DNA from: an uncultured delta proteobacterium | GTDB taxonomy: Bacteria > Desulfobacterota > BSN033 > UBA1163 | Direction: 5' to 3' | DNA length: 64,000 nt | Assembly: GCA_963765435.1 (NCBI GenBank) | Contig: CAVXWK010000002.1 | Location: forward strand, 1,561,664-1,625,663 | Shown: one piece after another, positions 56,993-64,000 of the stretch | Numbering within the stretch: the stretch's first letter is position 1 | Layout of the letters: every line of letters starts with the position of its first letter | Program-made: the position numbers and the translations under genes | Notes under the pieces: model-generated | Seen by the model: only the letters and a program-made list of their open reading frames with translations | The model's database searches: none | Told to the model about the DNA's origin: nothing

Positions 56993-57778
56993 ATGGTATT
57001 TAGGCCAAAGGATATAATATCTCTTGCGAGAAACTATCCAATCCATCTGAGGGCGTTGAGCAAGAAATTATTCCCTTCGAGAGATTTTTATAAAATAATT
57101 TTTGACGGAAAAAGTGTTTTTAATCGCATCCTTAATGAAATAAGAGAAGATAATATTAATGAATATCTCGAGAAGGAGCTAGAAACATTTAATCGTATAA
57201 GAGGAAGAACCGTCAGAGGATGCTCTTACTCTTCAGGCATCGTGTCCAGAAGGCAAGCTTATATTCTCTATGCGTCTGTAAGAATTAAGAAACCTAATAC
57301 AGTCGTGGAGTCAGGTACCGGCAATGGCTATTCAACGGCATTCATTCTTAAAGCACTTCGTATGAATAACAAAGGCAAGTTATATTCTATAGATTTTCCA
57401 GAAATAGAGGGTCGTCATTACGCCCAAGACGATTTTTACAAAGAGAAGGGCGGAGCGGTGATCCCCAAAGGTCAGTCTTCGGGTTGGTTGGTCCCCGAAT
57501 ACCTTCATGATAGATTAAAAATTGTGCTTGGAAAATCTCAGGATGTGCTTCCCAAGCTTCTTGAAGAACTGAATTCTGTAGATATTTTTTTTCATGATAG
57601 TGAACATTCCTATTCTGGAATGATATTTGAGTTCGAACAGACATGGCCTCGCCTGATTTCTGGAGGCATATTGTTTGCTCACGATGTAAATTGGAACAAG
57701 GCATTCGTTCACTTTGCAAAAGAAGTCAATAGGAAACCTTATTTTATAGATGGGTCTTTGGGATTTTTAATTAAGTAA
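56993..57778 (+). CDS. Class I SAM-dependent methyltransferase (Methyltransf_24/CmcI-like)
   Basis: VVESGTGNGYSTAFILKAL and IFFHDSEHSY. Confidence 0.6.
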   Translation: MVFRPKDIISLARNYPIHLRALSKKLFPSRDFYKIIFDGKSVFNRILNEIREDNINEYLEKELETFNRIRGRTVRGCSYSSGIVSRRQAYILYASVRIKKPNTVVESGTGNGYSTAFILKALRMNNKGKLYSIDFPEIEGRHYAQDDFYKEKGGAVIPKGQSSGWLVPEYLHDRLKIVLGKSQDVLPKLLEELNSVDIFFHDSEHSYSGMIFEFEQTWPRLISGGILFAHDVNWNKAFVHFAKEVNRKPYFIDGSLGFLIK

Positions 57779-57809
57779 GTTAACCGAGGATATGGCAAGC
57801 AACAAAAAA

Positions 57810-59039
57810 TTAAAGAATAATTCCTCCCGCGACGGGTCTGCCCTCCCTTTCTAACACAAATCTTCCCATCTCAGGAATTTCAGTAAAAGGATCGACCGCC
57901 ACTTTTTTATCAAGCTGAATCAGGATGTCCGCCACCTCCGCAGTCTTGATGGAAGACGCATCCTTCTCCGTTAGTTCCATCGAGGCAGGGTCGAATTTTC
58001 TGTAGATCTTTTCAATCCGGCACGGGACCTCCTGAGTCACACACCTGAAAAGGAGGGTTTCTCCGGTGTGATAACCCATGGGGTCCATCCAAAAGATGTT
58101 GGCCTTGATTTTATTCGAGATCGTGGAAGAGAGGTCTGCCGTCAAAACTTGCCCCCTCTTTACCAGATGCCTTCCCTTGAGACAAATTCCCACCGATTCT
58201 TCGAAATGAGCCATGTTCACACCCGTTTCGAGAAATTTCTCGATGCTTTCGACGACCACTTTTTTCTTTCCGGGCAAGAGATATAGGCTTTCTCCTTTCG
58301 TGAGATGGCCTGATTCGATTCTGCCGACTAAGATCTTTTTCCTATCGACTCGATAAGAATCTTGAACGGGAAAACGAAGCGGTTTCTCCTCTATTTTTAA
58401 GTCATGAAAGGTGTCCAGTGCCTGCAAGACGGTCGGGCCGTCAAACCAGGAGAGTTTCTCTGAAGGACTGGCCACATTATCTCCATGGATGGCCGAGATG
58501 GGCAGTACAAAGGTGGGATGGACATTCAATTTATTTAAGAACTCGGCGATCTCTGCCTTTAAATCGAAAAATTTATCCTTGGAATAATTGACCAGGTCTA
58601 TCTTATTCAAGAGGACGCATACCTGATTCAGACCCAGCATGCCTAAGATATAGGCGTGACGTTTGGTTTGATCTCGAACGCCCTCGAAAGAATCGATGAT
58701 CAATAAGGCGGCCTCTGCTTGGCTGGAGCCTGTGATCATATTTTTCAAGAATTCTTTGTGACCGGGGGCATCGATAATCACGTATCGTCTCTTCTTCGTT
58801 TTGAAAAAAGTCTGGGTCGTATCGATGGTGATCCCTCTCGATCTCTCCTCTTCAAGGCAGTCCATGACGAAAGCGAATTCCAATCGTTTGCCGAGCTCCT
58901 CAGAACTCGTTTGTATCTCTACAAATTTATCGGGAGGGAGACAATCCGTGTCGTAAAGCAACCTGCCAATGAGGGTACTCTTCCCATGATCCACATGGCC
59001 GACAATGACGATCGGCAGGGCTTTTTCTTCAGTGCTCAT
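57810..59039 (-). CDS. cysN: Sulfate adenylyltransferase subunit 1 (GTPase), no APS-kinase fusion
   Basis: GHVDHGKSTLIGRLLYDT (G1), DAPGH (G3) and NKID (G4). It lies downstream of cysD on the same strand. Confidence 0.8.
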   Translation of the reverse strand: MSTEEKALPIVIVGHVDHGKSTLIGRLLYDTDCLPPDKFVEIQTSSEELGKRLEFAFVMDCLEEERSRGITIDTTQTFFKTKKRRYVIIDAPGHKEFLKNMITGSSQAEAALLIIDSFEGVRDQTKRHAYILGMLGLNQVCVLLNKIDLVNYSKDKFFDLKAEIAEFLNKLNVHPTFVLPISAIHGDNVASPSEKLSWFDGPTVLQALDTFHDLKIEEKPLRFPVQDSYRVDRKKILVGRIESGHLTKGESLYLLPGKKKVVVESIEKFLETGVNMAHFEESVGICLKGRHLVKRGQVLTADLSSTISNKIKANIFWMDPMGYHTGETLLFRCVTQEVPCRIEKIYRKFDPASMELTEKDASSIKTAEVADILIQLDKKVAVDPFTEIPEMGRFVLEREGRPVAGGIIL

Positions 59040-59056
59040 AAAAGTCTCCTCCTTGT

Positions 59057-59107
59057 AGGGGTTGGGGGTTAGGGGTTGGGGGTTAGGGATTCGGGTTAGG
59101 GATTCGT
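59057..59107. repeat. G-tract array (GGGGTTGGGGGTTAGGGGTTGGGGGTTAGGGATTCGGGTTAGGGATTCG)
   Basis: Read directly. An inverted partner array lies at 59430-59457. Confidence 0.9.
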
Positions 59108-59235
59108 TATGGATCGAGGCCTGGCTAGCTTCTTCATTAATCCCCGAATCATCTTACCCACTGAGTTCATTTGATCAATGAGATACTCCGTCCTTTCGTT
59201 GGAGATATGAACAGTCTCATAATAATATAGACATT

Positions 59236-59316
59236 GGTTTGTAAAATCCCTACTAACCTCCCTTTGCCAAAGGGAGGCATTACCCCTCTTTGGTAAAGAG
59301 GGGCCAGGGGAGATTT
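59236..59316. repeat. REP-B element, second copy
   Basis: ggtttgtaaaatccctactaacctccctttgccaaagggaggcattacccctctttggtaaagagggg matches 203-287. Confidence 0.85.
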
Positions 59317-59429
59317 TCTAATGACGGTGTCAATTCAATTTTGAAACCCTTTTGAATCCCTCTTTGCCAAATCATCAGATCTCTGAAACTTTTGATCTGT
59401 TTTCCCATAGGCCCCGTGCCTAATTATTT

Positions 59430-59457
59430 AATCCCCAATCCCTAACCCCTAGCCCCT
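59430..59457. repeat. C-tract array, inverted partner of 59057-59107
   Basis: aatccccaatccctaacccctagcccct. Its reverse complement is aggggctaggggttagggattggggatt. Confidence 0.9.
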
Positions 59458-59466
59458 GTTTTTCCG

Positions 59467-60270
59467 TTACATATATCCCAGGGCTCTCAGTTTCTGCATT
59501 GTGTAGATGTTCTCTTTGTCCTGGGCTCTTCCTGATCTTTCAGAGGTCTTTGAGATTCTAATTTCTTCAACAATTTCATCTATGGTTTGAGCATTCGAAT
59601 CAATGGGAGAGCAACACGTGACGCACCCGATGCTCCGGTATCTTTTCCCATTCTTGCTAAAGTAGAGAGGGACGATGGGGAGTCCTTCTCGTTTGACATA
59701 ATTCCAGATGTCGTATTCTGTAAAGTGAAGAAGGGGATGAATCCTAAAATGCTCCTCTTCCTCAACGGTCGATTGGTATTGATCCCATAATTCGGCGGGT
59801 TGATTCTCATAATCCCATTTAAACTGAGAATCCCTTGGCGAGAAATATCTTTCTTTTGCCCGGATCCCATGCTCGTCCCTCCGGATGCCTAAAAGGATGG
59901 CCTTCAGATGGTATTTCTTGATGATCATCTTGAGGGCATTTGTCTTTAATTCATTGCAACAGTCCAATTTGCTTCCCTGACCCGGTCCCATTCCTTCCTT
60001 AAGTTTTTCTTCGTTTCTCCCGATCAGTAAACGAAGATTCCATTCTTTCGCTCTTTCATCTCTAAATCGATACATCTCCGGGAACTTGTAACCAGTATCG
60101 ATATGAATGATCGGGAAGGGAATGGCACCGAAAAATGCTTTGCGGCAAAGCCAGAGCAGCGTCGTGGAATCCTTCCCGACAGACCACAATATGGCGATAT
60201 CCTTAAATTGGTAGTAGGCTTCTCGAATGATATAAATACTTTTGTTTTCCAATCTTGTTAAGTGATCCAT
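59467..60270 (-). CDS. cysD: Sulfate adenylyltransferase subunit 2
   Basis: PP-loop ILWSVGKDSTTLL, and a C-terminal SERSGRAQDKE...MQKLRALGYM typical of CysD. Confidence 0.9.
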   Translation of the reverse strand: MDHLTRLENKSIYIIREAYYQFKDIAILWSVGKDSTTLLWLCRKAFFGAIPFPIIHIDTGYKFPEMYRFRDERAKEWNLRLLIGRNEEKLKEGMGPGQGSKLDCCNELKTNALKMIIKKYHLKAILLGIRRDEHGIRAKERYFSPRDSQFKWDYENQPAELWDQYQSTVEEEEHFRIHPLLHFTEYDIWNYVKREGLPIVPLYFSKNGKRYRSIGCVTCCSPIDSNAQTIDEIVEEIRISKTSERSGRAQDKENIYTMQKLRALGYM

Positions 60271-60281
60271 AAACGAGTCTC

Positions 60282-61640
60282 CTATTCAGAATAATATTGA
60301 AGAATGTATTCCGTAAGATTTTGGATGGATGGTTTTTCAGAAAAAATAATCTTTTCCGGAAGAAGACAAAGGGCATCATGCCAGGTATGCATTCCGGTAA
60401 AGATATTTTGGCCGAAGATTTCCTTCTTTTCCAAACTTCCCTTCAAATCGTAGCCATCGTTTGGAAGGCAGACCAAAGCCGGAGCCATCCCGCTGTAAGG
60501 TCCGTTATAGATCTCCGCTTTTTCATAGATCTTATCAATGACCGTCTCGCCGTTTTCTCCTTTTAAGCCCCTGAGTGTCTCCTTGATGTCCCTTAATAGA
60601 TCCGATCTCTCTTCTTTTCTGACCCTGCCCCTTGGGTATCGGTCGTGGTCATGAAGACAAATACGGCCGGGATCCATATTAAACGCCCGTGTTCCCTCGT
60701 GGATCCTCTCATAGAAATTGCCGCTCTCCTTTAACACCAAAAACCCCTTTTCCTCCAGGAATCGGTTGAGGTAGACTTCCTTTTTCAGCGGAGCGAATCC
60801 ATGGTCGGAGAGGACCATAAAGAATCCGTTTTCCGAAAATCTTTCACGAAACGCCTCGTACAAATAGTTTATAAACTTATCCAATTCGCTATAGAACTGG
60901 AGGAAAGACTCGTAATGAGGATTTTCTTCATCGTTCGAGGCATCAAAGAAGAAGTGGTGTAAACGATCCGTCTCCGTAATACAGGCGAAGAAAAGGTCCC
61001 AGGACTCTTTCTCGAAGAGATGAGAGATCGCTTTCTTGCGGATCTCGAAACATTCGAACAGGCTTTTCATAAATGCCACTTTATCTTCTCTGGCCTTTTC
61101 GGCTTCCACATCGATGAGGTAATGGATGGAGTGAAGATAAGGGTAAGCGGATTCAGGAAAGGTTGCTTTCTTTAAATCGAGGGCGACGAAACCGGAGACC
61201 AGTATTCCATTCATCGGCCAAGCAGGATACGTATGAGGCACATTCAAAATAATGGAGCGATAGGAACGGTTTATCCTATTATGGTACTTTTGAAATAGCG
61301 TTGAATTTTTTCGATCCGTTTTCCCTAAAATCTCCCAAAAAGTCGGAGCCTGGATATCCTTTGAGTTCGGGAAGTATAAAGAATAGCTGTGAGGGCTTAA
61401 ATCTGTAAATCCATAGATCCCATGTTCTCCGGGATTGACTCCGGTGTTAAAAGATGTCCAGGAAACCGAAGAGATGTCAGGGATGGATGCATTCATCTGG
61501 TGAAGTGTAAAGCCTTGGCTCAAAATCTTTTTTAAATTTGGCACCATGCCATTCTCTATGTAGGTGTTTAAGAGGGAATAGGGAACGCCGTCAACGCCAA
61601 TAATCAAAGTCTTTTTCATTTCTTTTGAAATTGATTTCAT
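60282..61640 (-). CDS. Alkaline-phosphatase-superfamily protein (type I phosphodiesterase/nucleotide pyrophosphatase family)
   Basis: TLIIGVDGVPYSL, SSVSWTSFNTGVNPGEHGI and MVLSDHGFAP. I chose the ATG at 61640 to avoid a 44-nt overlap with pstB. Confidence 0.75.
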   Translation of the reverse strand: MKSISKEMKKTLIIGVDGVPYSLLNTYIENGMVPNLKKILSQGFTLHQMNASIPDISSVSWTSFNTGVNPGEHGIYGFTDLSPHSYSLYFPNSKDIQAPTFWEILGKTDRKNSTLFQKYHNRINRSYRSIILNVPHTYPAWPMNGILVSGFVALDLKKATFPESAYPYLHSIHYLIDVEAEKAREDKVAFMKSLFECFEIRKKAISHLFEKESWDLFFACITETDRLHHFFFDASNDEENPHYESFLQFYSELDKFINYLYEAFRERFSENGFFMVLSDHGFAPLKKEVYLNRFLEEKGFLVLKESGNFYERIHEGTRAFNMDPGRICLHDHDRYPRGRVRKEERSDLLRDIKETLRGLKGENGETVIDKIYEKAEIYNGPYSGMAPALVCLPNDGYDLKGSLEKKEIFGQNIFTGMHTWHDALCLLPEKIIFSEKPSIQNLTEYILQYYSE

Positions 61641-61656
61641 CTTACGTTTCTTTATA

Positions 61657-62505
61657 TTAACTGATCTCGCCAGAAATGTAAGCCCGGGTTCTTTCGTCAC
61701 GAGGGGAGCTGAAAAATTGTCCGGCAGGTCCGTGTTCGACCAACTCCCCTAAGTACAGGAAGATCACATAGTCGGCAATGCGCCGCGCCTGGCGGAGGAT
61801 ATGGGTGACGACCACAATCGTATAGTGATTTTTCAGGGTCTTAAACTGTTTTTCGATCAGCTGTGCCGAGATGGGGTCGAGTGCTGATGTTGGTTCGTCA
61901 GCGAGGATGACCTCGGGTTCAACCGCCAGTGCCCGAGCGAGCGCCAACCTTTGCTGTTGCCCGATGGAAAGCTGGGCGGCTGGGGCATGTAGCCTCTCTC
62001 GGACTTCCTCCCAAAGACCGGCGAGGCGAAGGTAGTATTCGACCAAATAAGCCATCTCATGGGTTTTGCTGGGTCGTGTCTCCTCCTGTCGACCATGAGG
62101 GCACAACGAATCGATGGGGATATGTTTTTCTAATTCCTGGATTTGATCAAGAAGTTCCTTTCTATTCATCCTGTGAATTCGAGGTCCGAAAGTGATATTG
62201 TCATGGATCGACATGGGAAGAGGGTAGGGCTTCTGTGAAAGAAATCCTACCTTTTTCCTCAGAGTAAGAAGATCCGCTTTCGGGTCGTAAATATCGGCGC
62301 CGTCAATCCGGACCTCCCCCTCTACCCTGATTTCGTCATAGAGATCGACCAGTCGGTTCAGAGTTTTAAGAAGGGTTGTCTTTCCGCAGCCAGAGGGCCC
62401 GATGATTGCAGTGATCTGGTTATTTGGAATATCCACGGTAATATTCTGAAGCACTTTTTGATTTCCGTAAGCGACCATGAGATTCGATAAGCTGATATGC
62501 GGCAT
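61657..62505 (-). CDS. pstB: Phosphate ABC transporter ATP-binding protein
   Basis: Walker A GPSGCGKTT, Q-loop region SQKPYPLPMSIHDN, signature LSIGQQQR and Walker B ILADEPTSALD. It carries a ~30-aa insertion. Confidence 0.9.
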   Translation of the reverse strand: MPHISLSNLMVAYGNQKVLQNITVDIPNNQITAIIGPSGCGKTTLLKTLNRLVDLYDEIRVEGEVRIDGADIYDPKADLLTLRKKVGFLSQKPYPLPMSIHDNITFGPRIHRMNRKELLDQIQELEKHIPIDSLCPHGRQEETRPSKTHEMAYLVEYYLRLAGLWEEVRERLHAPAAQLSIGQQQRLALARALAVEPEVILADEPTSALDPISAQLIEKQFKTLKNHYTIVVVTHILRQARRIADYVIFLYLGELVEHGPAGQFFSSPRDERTRAYISGEIS

Positions 62506-62514
62506 TTGAATGTC

Positions 62515-63363
62515 CTACCTTACGATATGTTTTGAGAACCGGCGGCTCAATAGTCTTGAGACAACGCTGACCAGGAGAACGATGATTAACAGAATAAGAG
62601 CTGAGGCATAAGCCCGTTGCTGAACTTCAGGGATTGGGGTGGCTACTTGGAAAAAGACGGCAAGGGGGAGAGAAGCGACCGGATCAAAGAGAGACCGAGG
62701 AATGTAATCCGTGTAACCGGCCGTAAATAGAATAGAGGCCGCATCTCCGATCCCGCGCCCGAAAGCAAGGAGAACCCCCGTGACCATCCCGGGCAGCGCC
62801 TGCCTCAGGACCACCTTGAGGGTGGTCTCGATTCTCGTGGCTCCCATGGCATAAGAAGCCTCTTTCAATTCAAGAGGTGTCATACGAATGACTTCATCGA
62901 TGGATCGTACCATGATCGGCAGCATGAGAAGGGTCAGGGCGATGATTCCGCCCAGCAGCGAAGCCCTCAATCCCAGGTAAACCATAATGATAAAGCCGAA
63001 GGCTCCGTAAACAATGGAAGGGATTCCCCAGAGGATATCGAGAGAGAGCCTGGTGATTTGGGCAAGACGACGGCCGATGTATTCCTTCTGTAAAGCAAAG
63101 GCAATGGGGAGCCCTAACAGGAAAGATAATAACGAAGCGCCAAACGCAAGGCAGAGGGATCCGACAATGGCATTTGCAATCCCCCCCTCTTTTCCGAGGT
63201 AGTAGCCGCCTTGCGGGGTTTGAATGAGCATGGATAGGTTGAGAGCCGAAGCCCCCCGCACCACGATGACGATCAGAATGCCGGCCAGGACAGCGAGAAC
63301 CATCGTGATAGAGACAATCATGAGAAGCTTGAGCACGGATTCTTCAATCTTTCTTGATTTCAC
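62515..63363 (-). CDS. pstA: Phosphate ABC transporter permease PstA
   Basis: 282 aa and polytopic. EAA-type loop LKEASYAMGATRIETTLKVVLRQALPG. Confidence 0.85.
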   Translation of the reverse strand: MKSRKIEESVLKLLMIVSITMVLAVLAGILIVIVVRGASALNLSMLIQTPQGGYYLGKEGGIANAIVGSLCLAFGASLLSFLLGLPIAFALQKEYIGRRLAQITRLSLDILWGIPSIVYGAFGFIIMVYLGLRASLLGGIIALTLLMLPIMVRSIDEVIRMTPLELKEASYAMGATRIETTLKVVLRQALPGMVTGVLLAFGRGIGDAASILFTAGYTDYIPRSLFDPVASLPLAVFFQVATPIPEVQQRAYASALILLIIVLLVSVVSRLLSRRFSKHIVR

Positions 63364-63369
63364 GTGACG

Positions 63370-64000
63370 TTACCTCTTTTCGACCCGCATCAGAGTCAGA
63401 TGAGCTGTCATATTGAAGGCGCTGACCACCACGAGCAGGATCAGGGCCGAAAGCAAGAGTGCGGAATTGTAAAGCGGGATGGACATCATCTCGCCGTAAT
63501 TGTTTGCCAGCAGAGCCGGAAGAGGGTATGCAGGATCAAAGACAGAGGTTGGAACTTTGGGGACATTTCCCACGATCATCAGGACGGCAATGGTTTCACC
63601 AAATGCCCGCGCAAATCCGAGAATGACGGCTGAAAGAATGCCATGAAAGGCGTTCCTCAGGACAACATGCTTGATGGCTTCCCACCTTGTTGTTCCTAAA
63701 GCCAGGGCTGCCTCCCTCGCCTGAAGGGGCACAGTTCGAAGCACTTCGAGCGATACGGAAATAATGATGGGAGAAGCCATAATAGCGAGAATGATTCCCC
63801 CGGCCAGAAGGCTGTAGCCGGTGGTCGGGGTGTTCAGCCACTTTCCGAGGAGACATACGAAAGGCACCACCACAATCACTCCCCAGAGTCCGTAGATGAC
63901 GGAGGGAATGGCTGCCATAATGTCAACGGTGATACGGGCGATCTCTCTCAAACGGTGATCTGCATATTCTGAAAGATAGATGGCACTTAAAAGGCAGACC
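63370..64000 (-). CDS. pstC: Phosphate ABC transporter permease PstC (5' end beyond the window)
   Basis: [27 protein letters not shown]. The reading frame stays open to the window edge. Confidence 0.8.
   Translation of the reverse strand, partial: VCLLSAIYLSEYADHRLREIARITVDIMAAIPSVIYGLWGVIVVVPFVCLLGKWLNTPTTGYSLLAGGIILAIMASPIIISVSLEVLRTVPLQAREAALALGTTRWEAIKHVVLRNAFHGILSAVILGFARAFGETIAVLMIVGNVPKVPTSVFDPAYPLPALLANNYGEMMSIPLYNSALLLSALILLVVVSAFNMTAHLTLMRVEKR

Noticed and set aside
59057-59107. TTAGGG-type repeats as a true telomere or replicon end
   Set aside because: The array is short, degenerate and internal to a cysD-cysN operon. An inverted partner lies 330 bp away, so it behaves as a TIR of an inserted element.

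Overview
This 64-kb window comes from a diderm bacterium with mid-range GC and many short palindromic intergenic repeats. The taxon cannot be assigned from sequence alone.

Layout:
- 1-20.7 kb: housekeeping and envelope genes. These include PBP1A, an ECF sigma/anti-sigma pair, a LysM-NlpC/P60 hydrolase, TsaC, SuhB, RarA, Pcm, a large TPR protein, a TonB-like protein and FtsB.
- 20.7-21.4 kb: an AT-rich junction holding a decayed IS3-family orfA remnant.
- 21.4-28.2 kb, minus strand: a tightly packed seven-gene operon encoding a MaoC dehydratase, an FkbH-like loader, an acyl carrier protein, a B12-type radical SAM enzyme, an MBOAT, a 34-aa micro-ORF and a DltD-like protein. The micro-ORF is absent from the ORF track.
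- 28.4-57.8 kb: a very large LPS-core/surface-glycan locus. I count two GT9 heptosyltransferases, about 10 glycosyltransferases, 8 SAM methyltransferases, 4 acyl/acetyltransferases, a WbpB/WbpD/WbpE/WbpI-like amino-sugar set, a Wzx flippase and an ArnT-like GT-C enzyme.
- 57.8-64 kb, minus strand: pstC(partial)-pstA-pstB, an AP-superfamily esterase, cysD and cysN. A 427-bp repeat-filled insert separates cysD from cysN.

The most interesting item is the 21.4-28.2 kb operon. I read it as a Dlt-like carrier-protein/MBOAT 'acyl shuttle' pathway in which an FkbH-type loader plus tailoring enzymes replace the DltA ligase. It probably decorates the neighbouring glycan.

All calls rest on motif recognition by eye. 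No searches or computations were run, and start codons are best guesses.
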